Source: Candidatus Omnitrophota bacterium (GTDB taxonomy: Bacteria > Omnitrophota > Omnitrophia > Omnitrophales > Aquincolibacteriaceae). From it: DNA of 64,000 nucleotides. The notes under the pieces are model-generated. The model was not told where the DNA came from and did not search any database. It saw nothing but the letters and a program-made list of their open reading frames with translations. A program made the translations under genes and the position numbers. Every line of letters starts with the position of its first letter. The first letter of the stretch is position 1. Shown in pieces: positions 57,380-64,000 of the stretch. The stretch covers positions 36,367-100,366 of the forward strand of contig JAHFHF010000003.1 of assembly GCA_023247055.1 (NCBI GenBank), read 5' to 3'.

Positions 57380-57608
57380 TCCCGCCTTGCGCAAGCCGAA
57401 GCATCGGCCTGCTTCTTAATTTTTTTTAATAAAAAAACACGCATTTAACGGCAGTTTAAATTAAAGTGTTTTAATAAATTAAACACTTTTAATTTACTAA
57501 TTAAATACTTTAAAAATAGATTGACGCTGTGATATTGCGGCGTTATCTTACACCCATCAAGTTTGCTTCATACGTTACGCTGACATACAGACCCTTAAAA
57601 CGTTCGAA

Positions 57609-58059
57609 AATGGGGAGATTTATGCGCCGGAAACCTGAAGATCTTGTCGATTTTAATACCGTTTCCATGGAACGTGCAGAGTCCTTCCTGGATTTCAACT
57701 CCGAAAGCGTCACAGTCCAGGAATCCCACCATGCCATGCATATCCTGACATTCTTTCTTTTCATCATGAACCTCTTGGAGAAGAACCAGCCGGTGCGTAA
57801 GGTCCTGGTTGACCGCGTTATTTTCCATCTGCTGAACTTGCGCGAGTTCATCCAAGATACCCGGATGGGCGACCGTGTGACCGATTTAAGCGCCAGCATC
57901 AGTCTGGCTTATGATGATTTTTTTCCAGGCGGTTCTGCCGAAACTCCCAGTGGTTTTCCGGTCGCGCAGTGGCTGGAAGCGCAGGAGGGGGCGATCCTCG
58001 AATTGGCGCGCCATTACGGCAAAGAATCCGTTTTTCAGGGCCTGACCCGGGCGGCTTGA
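57609..58059 (+). CDS. Hypothetical protein (start uncertain)
   Basis: Open frame 57529-58059; GGAG SD near the MRRK start. Confidence 0.55.
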
Positions 58060-58162
58060 TTTCACCCACGCAATTTGATAGACTTCCTTCCTGATTGACC
58101 CAATACGACCCGGCTTATTTCTGCCGCAATTTTTTAGCGAAACCGCACAGAGGAGAATTTTC

Positions 58163-58645
58163 ATGAATAGAAAGTTTCTAACATTGGCACTCGCCGTTTT
58201 TGCAGTATTGTTCATGACGACCGGCTGTTCCCGCAATAAACAAGTCAAAGCTTTGCAGGCGCAAGTCGGCGTGATCACAGATGAACTCGTGCGCCTGGAT
58301 GAGTCACTCCAGGAAACGCGCGCAGCCATTCAAGATGAAGAAGGGCACCGCAATCAGCTTCAGAGTGACCTGAGCCAATCCGAAGGCCGCTTGGGCACAC
58401 TTTATGAAGAGGAAAAAGTCATTGAAGGCATGTATCGCACGCCTTCCGGCTTTACACTGCCCTCGGCTCAAATCCAACAGGCTTTGAAAAATGCCGGTTA
58501 TTATCAGGGCAAACTTGATGGTAAAGTTGGGGCTCAGACGCGTGCCGCCATTAAAGCCTTTCAAAAGGACAACGGCCTGACGGCTGATGGTGTTTGCGGC
58601 CGCAAGACCTGGGCGCAGTTGAAGTCTTATCTCGGAACAAAATAA
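58163..58645 (+). CDS. Lipoprotein with coiled coil and PG_binding_1 domain
   Basis: TTGC lipobox; IQQALKNAGYY.G..DG..G..T..AIKAFQ..NGL.ADG.CG..TW. Confidence 0.88.
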   Translation: MNRKFLTLALAVFAVLFMTTGCSRNKQVKALQAQVGVITDELVRLDESLQETRAAIQDEEGHRNQLQSDLSQSEGRLGTLYEEEKVIEGMYRTPSGFTLPSAQIQQALKNAGYYQGKLDGKVGAQTRAAIKAFQKDNGLTADGVCGRKTWAQLKSYLGTK

Positions 58646-58659
58646 GTTAGAGTTCCAAC

Positions 58660-58691
58660 AGGGACAGGTCCAAAAATATGGACCTGTCCCT
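58660..58691. repeat. Family G hairpin
   Basis: AGGGACAGGTCCA / TGGACCTGTCCCT. Confidence 0.75.
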
Positions 58692-58699
58692 TTCTACTT

Positions 58700-58735
58700 A
58701 AACGCCAGCTTCTTCCGGGAAGCTGGCGTTTTTTT
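58700..58735 (+). terminator. Intrinsic terminator
   Basis: AAACGCCAGCTTC / GAAGCTGGCGTTT followed by T-tract. Confidence 0.85.
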
Positions 58736-58928
58736 CCGAAGTGCGATTGGCGCCATCAGCGCCAACGGCACGCCGGTCTCTGTCTCCGACGGAGATACGG
58801 ATAGGTATCAAAAAATGATCTTTTTGTTTGCAACTTAAGCATCTCAAGGATATCTTTTATCATAGCTGATCTTGCGCCATCTTCAGTTAACGGCGAGGCC
58901 TATTTGCAGCGGGGAGTTTTTTAAAAGA

Positions 58929-59477
58929 ATGTATCATCCTGATTTTGATCGTACCCACAACATCACTCCGGGCAAACATCTTTATCAGTTTTACCGGGAT
59001 AAAACGGACTATTTGTCTCTGATGACCGCTTATTTTCGTGCGGGGCTGGCCCAAAGGCACGCCTGTCTGTGGCTTGTAGCGCATCATGTCGGCGATGAAA
59101 ATGCTTACCGTGCTTTAAAGGCGCAAATGGTGGACCTGGATTTGTATATAGATACCGGGGCCATGGCGATTCATTCCGCCGAAGACTGGTATTTGAGCGC
59201 CGGGCGCTTTGACGGCGATCAAGCCAGCCAGAATGCCGGCCGGGAATATGAGCGCATCAAAGCCGCCGGTTTTTCGATCCTGCGCGGTTCTGGAGACGTT
59301 GCCGCGATTCCGCTCGAAGACTGGGCAAAGCTGCATGCCTATGAATGCCGTATCGGCCCCTGGATCAATCAGAATCACGTGATCGGCCTATGCGCTTACC
59401 CTATTGCCCAATGCACCCTCAGTCAGACCAAGCACGTGCTGGAAACGCACGACGACGTTTTAGTCGGAACTCTCTAA
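58929..59477 (+). CDS. Stand-alone MEDS domain protein
   Basis: GKHLYQFY, YF.AGL, WYL..G.FD, RGSGD, YE, LCAY, THD. Confidence 0.8.
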   Translation: MYHPDFDRTHNITPGKHLYQFYRDKTDYLSLMTAYFRAGLAQRHACLWLVAHHVGDENAYRALKAQMVDLDLYIDTGAMAIHSAEDWYLSAGRFDGDQASQNAGREYERIKAAGFSILRGSGDVAAIPLEDWAKLHAYECRIGPWINQNHVIGLCAYPIAQCTLSQTKHVLETHDDVLVGTL

Positions 59478-59500
59478 AATAAAATGTGCTAAAATGCCGT

Positions 59501-60700
59501 ATGATTTTTTCACGGCAGCTCCTCGTTCTGCTTTTTATCCTGGCTTGCTGTCCTGCTCCCGGCTTTAGCGCTGAAGTTGAAATTAAAAAATCCAAACTGG
59601 ATATTCCGCAGGACATTGTCAAAAGCCTGCAGATCCGTGTTTCTTTGGGCCAGGAAAAACCGAAAGTTGTTCTTTCAACCCAAACGCCTTTTAAAGTTTT
59701 TGATGGGGAAGGACGGCTGCTTTTTCAGGGCAGCCAGATTGAGAAAACCGCGGTTTTTGCCCAAGAGGGGCAAATTTTTCTGGGCCGGCAGTCTTTTAAA
59801 CGCCTGCCCCTGGTGCTGGATTCCGGGAAATCCGTGCTGCAACTTGATCAGCGGACCTATCGCGATATCCTGGAATTTTCCATGCTGCCAGACGGCCGCC
59901 TGCTGATTGTCAATGAACTTGACTTGGAAGATTATCTTCGCGGCGTGCTTCCCTGGGAAGCGAATCCAGGCTGGAAGCCTGAAGCTTTAAAGGCGCAGGC
60001 TGTGGCATCGCGAACTTACGCGCTTTTCAAAATGATCGAAAATCGCGGGGAATCTTTCGCCGTATCCAGTGATGTGATCAGTCAGGTCTATGGCGGAGTC
60101 ACCCTTGAAAAAACGTCCACCAATCAGGCCATTGATGCGACGGAGGGGCAAATTCTGGTCTATAAAGGAAAAATTTTTCCTGCTTTTTTTCACTCGACGT
60201 GCGGCGGTCATACCACGCGTGCTGAAAATGCCTGGCCCATCGAACCGCATCCTTCGCTCCGCGGAGGATCTTGCGGTTTCTGCAATGAGTCCCCGCATTA
60301 CCGCTGGAAAGTCTCTTTGACGGAACAGGAATTGCGGACGGTGCTTAAAAAAATGGGCTATAACGTCACTTCCATTCTTAAGCTAAGCGCCAAAGATATC
60401 GATGAGAGCGGCCGTGCCCGCTTTTTTGAGATTAAATATCCGGCTGGAAAGATCAAAATTCCGGCCAATGATTTCCGGCTGGCGGTCAGCCCCATGAAAA
60501 TGAAAAGTGTTTTTCTCCGGCAGATTACGCATGAGGGCCATACCTTTACGCTGGCCGGCCGCGGCTGGGGCCATGGCGTTGGCTTATGCCAGTATGGCAT
60601 TAAAAAAATGGCGGAACTCGGCTATACCTACCGCCAGATTCTGGAATATTATTATCCAGGCTCTGAAATTAGGGTTCTGGCAGCGCCGGAACTGGGTTGA
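59501..60700 (+). CDS. SpoIID/LytB domain lytic transglycosylase
   Basis: LEDYLRGVLP.E, EALKAQAVASRTY, SQVYGG, GWGHGVGLCQYG, ILEYYYPG. Confidence 0.92.
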   Translation: MIFSRQLLVLLFILACCPAPGFSAEVEIKKSKLDIPQDIVKSLQIRVSLGQEKPKVVLSTQTPFKVFDGEGRLLFQGSQIEKTAVFAQEGQIFLGRQSFKRLPLVLDSGKSVLQLDQRTYRDILEFSMLPDGRLLIVNELDLEDYLRGVLPWEANPGWKPEALKAQAVASRTYALFKMIENRGESFAVSSDVISQVYGGVTLEKTSTNQAIDATEGQILVYKGKIFPAFFHSTCGGHTTRAENAWPIEPHPSLRGGSCGFCNESPHYRWKVSLTEQELRTVLKKMGYNVTSILKLSAKDIDESGRARFFEIKYPAGKIKIPANDFRLAVSPMKMKSVFLRQITHEGHTFTLAGRGWGHGVGLCQYGIKKMAELGYTYRQILEYYYPGSEIRVLAAPELG

Positions 60701-60871
60701 ACCTTCGCAGGCCTCCTTTCTTGCAACTAGCAGCTGGCATTAACGTTTCGACTTCGTTCAGTCCCCTAAAAAGCCTCCTTTGGCAGCGGTTTTAGCGTAG
60801 AAAACAGTATTACTTTGACGCTAAGACCTATTTCCTGCTATCTTTTATTAGGGAAAAAAGCGGAGGCCAAA

Positions 60872-61507
60872 GTGCCAAAAGCGAAACAAAGGCTCGAGTG
60901 GGTTTTGGTGCTTGCGGTCTGGGCAGTCGTGATTGCTGGGGGCGAAAGTATTCTTTTGAATTATGAGATCCGGCCCGGTTCTCCGGCCCAGCCGCCGCAG
61001 ACATGGCCCTTGGAAACGGACATTCAAAAGAGTCCGGAGCGCGCGGCGCTTTTAATGTTTGTTCATCCGCGCTGCCCTTGTTCGCGGGCCAGCCTTGAAG
61101 AATTGGCCCGCCTGACAGCGCGCTGCGGGGAGAAAGCCGACATCCAGATTATTTTTCTAAGTCCGGGAAAGCAGCCGGCTTCCTGGACTAAAACAGATCT
61201 TTGGGAAAAAGCCGGCGCGATTCCCGGCGTCCAGGTGAGGCTGGATAAAAACGGCAAAGAAGCAAAGCATTTCCGGGTTTCGACCTCCGGTCAAACGCTT
61301 CTTTACGGCAGGGACGGACAGCTGTTATTCAATGGCGGCATTACCGCATCCCGGGGGCATTCGGGGGATAATGCGGGCCGCAGCGCGCTGGAGGATCTTC
61401 TTCTCAAAGGGGCTTCAGAGCGCAGCCGGACGCCGGTATTTGGATGTTCTTTAATTGACCAGCGGGCGGGTTTTTTCGAAAGGTTTTTATCCTTATGGAA
61501 AAAATAA
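60872..61507 (+). CDS. RedB-like membrane-anchored thioredoxin-fold protein
   Basis: N-terminal TM, MFVHPRCPCSRASLEEL, GGITASRGHSGDNAG, PVFGCS. Confidence 0.7.
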   Translation: MPKAKQRLEWVLVLAVWAVVIAGGESILLNYEIRPGSPAQPPQTWPLETDIQKSPERAALLMFVHPRCPCSRASLEELARLTARCGEKADIQIIFLSPGKQPASWTKTDLWEKAGAIPGVQVRLDKNGKEAKHFRVSTSGQTLLYGRDGQLLFNGGITASRGHSGDNAGRSALEDLLLKGASERSRTPVFGCSLIDQRAGFFERFLSLWKK

Positions 61508-63071
61508 AGCAAAGACTCCACTATGAAGAAAAAGTCGCGGCGCGCGCTTTAGTTTTATTCGAAGAACACCGCCTGCAGATTAACAAAAATACAGACCGTT
61601 TGTTTGCATGGCTTATGATTTTTCAGTGGATCGCCGGCATTGCCGCGGCCATTTGGATATCACCCAGGACCTGGTCGGGCCAATTCAGCCAGGTCCATCT
61701 GCATGTCTATGCCGCGGTATTCCTCGGAGGCGCCATCACCTTTTTACCGGCGATTCTCGGTTTTGTCCGCAGCGGGGAGACATCTACCCGCTACGTGATT
61801 GCGGTCTCTCAAATGCTGATGTCTGCACTGCTCATCCACTTGAGCGGCGGCCGCATCGAAACTCATTTTCATGTTTTTGGTTCATTGGCTTTTCTGGCCT
61901 TTTATCGCGACTGGAAAGTGCTGATTCCCGCCACGCTGATCGTGGCTTTTGACCATTGGCTGCGCGGAGCGTATTGGCCGCAGTCCGTTTACGGCACGCT
62001 GGTGGTCAGCTATTGGCGCTGGCTGGAACACGCGGGATGGGTTGTTTTTGAAGATGTCTTCCTCATAATGTCCTGTCTTCAAGGGGTCAAAGAAATGCAC
62101 AGTATTGCCCAGCGGACGGCGGAACTGGAAATGACCAATCAGGTCATCGAGGCCAAAGTGCAGGAGCGGACCCAGGAACTGATCACAGCCAAAGAGAGCC
62201 TTGAAGATGAAATCGAAGGCCGCAAAAAACTGGAAGGCATGGTGATCCAGTCTGAGAAAATGGCCGCAGTCGGTCAACTGGCCGCAGGCATCGCCCATGA
62301 AATTAATAACCCGGTCGGGTTCATCGGCAACAACCTGTCTGTCCTTTCAAAGTATACGGTCTCATTCAGGGTCCTGTTGGACAAAGCCAAAGCCCTTCAG
62401 GAAGCCGTGATGCAAAAGACAATGCCGCTGCCGGAAGACTTATCGAGGAAATCACGTCGCTCGAAAGTAAACTCAATCTTGAGTATATCCGCGGCGATGT
62501 CGACCCGCTGCTTTCAGAATCGCAGGAAGGCATCGAGCGGATCAAAAAAATTGTCAACGATTTGCGCACTTTCGCGCGTTCAGACAGCGAGTCGCGCGAA
62601 AACGCGGATTTGAACCAGATTATTGACCGGGCTGCGAATATTGTTTGGAATGAAATCAAATATAAAGCTCAATTACAAAAAAGCTACGACAGCAGCCTTC
62701 CCCTGATTTCATGCGACACGCAGCAGATCGGACAGGTTGTTGTCAATCTGCTGATCAACGCCATCCAGGCCATTCCGGATAAAGGGGTGATTTCGATCCG
62801 GACGTATGAACAAAACGGCTGGGTTTGCGCAGACATCAAAGATACGGGGACGGGCATCCAGCCTGAAATCCTCAGTAAGATTTTCAATCCCTTTTTCACA
62901 ACCAAAGAAGCAGGCAAAGGAACGGGCCTGGGATTGAGCATCAGCCATGAAATTATGAAAAAATACGCCGGCAAAATTGAAGTCCAGAGCGAGCCCGGCC
63001 GAGGCAGTCTTTTCACCCTTTCTTTCCCTGCAGCCGCTTCAAAGCCATTTTCCTTAACCGCTTCTACTTAA
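61495..63071 (+). pseudogene. Membrane sensor histidine kinase split by a -1 frameshift near 62414 (pseudogene or sequencing error)
   Basis: Multi-TM sensor (ETHFHVF..LAFL.FYRDW) and H-box AHEINNP in frame 1; ESQEGIERIKKIVNDLRTFAR and N/G boxes continue in the -1 frame. Confidence 0.8.
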
Positions 63072-63217
63072 AGAACTTGCGCTGATTTAACCCTGACATT
63101 TGTTCCGCTTGACTTATGGCCTTAAACCAGGCATGGTTTGTACAGAAGGCTTGAAATGCTTAGAATGCTTAAAATGCTGATGGAGTCTAGCCGCACCTAA
63201 GCCAGCGGGGGATAACG

Positions 63218-63856
63218 ATGGAAAAAGAAACGTCGCGAGAACTCAAGACCAAAGACATTTTGACCACCGGACAAATTGCCAAATTTTGCTGCGTGGATCC
63301 GAGAACCGTGCACCGCTGGATCCGTCAAAAACTGCTGCCGTCGCATGAACTTCCCATTACAAAATTTCAACGCGTTCAGGTCAAAGACTTTTTGAATTTT
63401 CTCAAAGAACAGGGCCTGCCGGTACCCGAGGCGCTCAAGAAAGTTGCGAAATACCGCATTCTCATTGTGGACGATGATCCGGGCATGATCAATGCCATGC
63501 GGCGCATTTTGTCCAGTTTTCAGAAAGAAGACTACGAATTTGAAACCGCATGTGACGGTTTTGCCGCAGGGTGCGCCATCCAGAAATTTCAGCCTGACCT
63601 CATCGTTCTCGATTTAAAAATGCCCCGCATGGACGGGATGGAAGTTTGCCGTCAAATCCGCTCCAATCCGGACATGCAGGGCATTAAAATTCTGGCCGTA
63701 TCCGGCATGATCTCGCTCGGGGTCAGCAGTGAAGAGGACCGGCGGAAAATTATTAAGTTGGGAGCCGATGATTTTTTAGAAAAGCCGTTTGCCGAGCAGG
63801 TTTTAAAAGACCGGGTCTTGCAGCTGCTTTTCGGAAAGGAGCGCGGCCATGAATAA
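63218..63856 (+). CDS. Response regulator with N-terminal excisionase-like HTH_17
   Basis: LTTGQIAKFC.V...TV.RWI; ILIVDDD, PDLIVLDLKMP, KPF. Confidence 0.88.
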   Translation: MEKETSRELKTKDILTTGQIAKFCCVDPRTVHRWIRQKLLPSHELPITKFQRVQVKDFLNFLKEQGLPVPEALKKVAKYRILIVDDDPGMINAMRRILSSFQKEDYEFETACDGFAAGCAIQKFQPDLIVLDLKMPRMDGMEVCRQIRSNPDMQGIKILAVSGMISLGVSSEEDRRKIIKLGADDFLEKPFAEQVLKDRVLQLLFGKERGHE

Positions 63857-64000
63857 AGAGACCAGTATTGTCATTTTGGATGATGAAATCAATATTTTGC
63901 ATTCGCTGACCCGCGCATTCCGCGAAGAATCGTTCGGGCTCTTTACGACGACCCAGCCGGAAGAGGCCCTGCAAGTGCTCCAGCGCGAGAATGTCAAAGT
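63849..64000 (+). CDS. Receiver-domain protein (3' truncated)
   Basis: MNKETSIVILDDEINILHSLTRAFREE; overlaps upstream stop. Confidence 0.8.
   Translation, partial: MNKETSIVILDDEINILHSLTRAFREESFGLFTTTQPEEALQVLQRENVK

Noticed and set aside
62400-62430. Programmed -1 ribosomal frameshift in the kinase
   Set aside because: No canonical X-XXY-YYZ heptamer in the right phase and no clear stimulatory structure; an indel is simpler.

Overview
Bacterial genomic window; taxonomy cannot be fixed from the sequence alone. Bases 1-23431 hold a co-oriented assimilatory nitrate and molybdenum-cofactor cluster: GAF-ANTAR antiterminator with its RNA target, porin, NrtABCD, a chlorite-dismutase-like gene, NirBD, a DmsB-DmsC fusion beside a Tat-less nitrate reductase, NarK, pyk, moa/moe/mob genes and a TSUP. 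Next come central-metabolism genes (CBS-korAB-CBS, sdhCAB, pckA), a bufferin-type RiPP locus with a DUF692-DUF2063 fusion, and peptidoglycan-recycling genes (SSS transporter-anmK-murQ, nagZ) split by a ~9.5 kb accessory segment. The window also has three type II TA pairs and a RedB/RedC-like sensory locus whose kinase is frameshifted. The most striking unexplained signal is a set of at least 7 families of short palindromic REP/RPE/MITE-like elements. They sit between genes and also in frame inside nrtA, moeA, the TSUP gene and the C-termini of moaE, moeA, mobB, murQ and nagZ. One copy has an 11-bp target-site duplication. No rRNA, tRNA, CRISPR array or transposase was seen. All calls come from motif reading without database searches.
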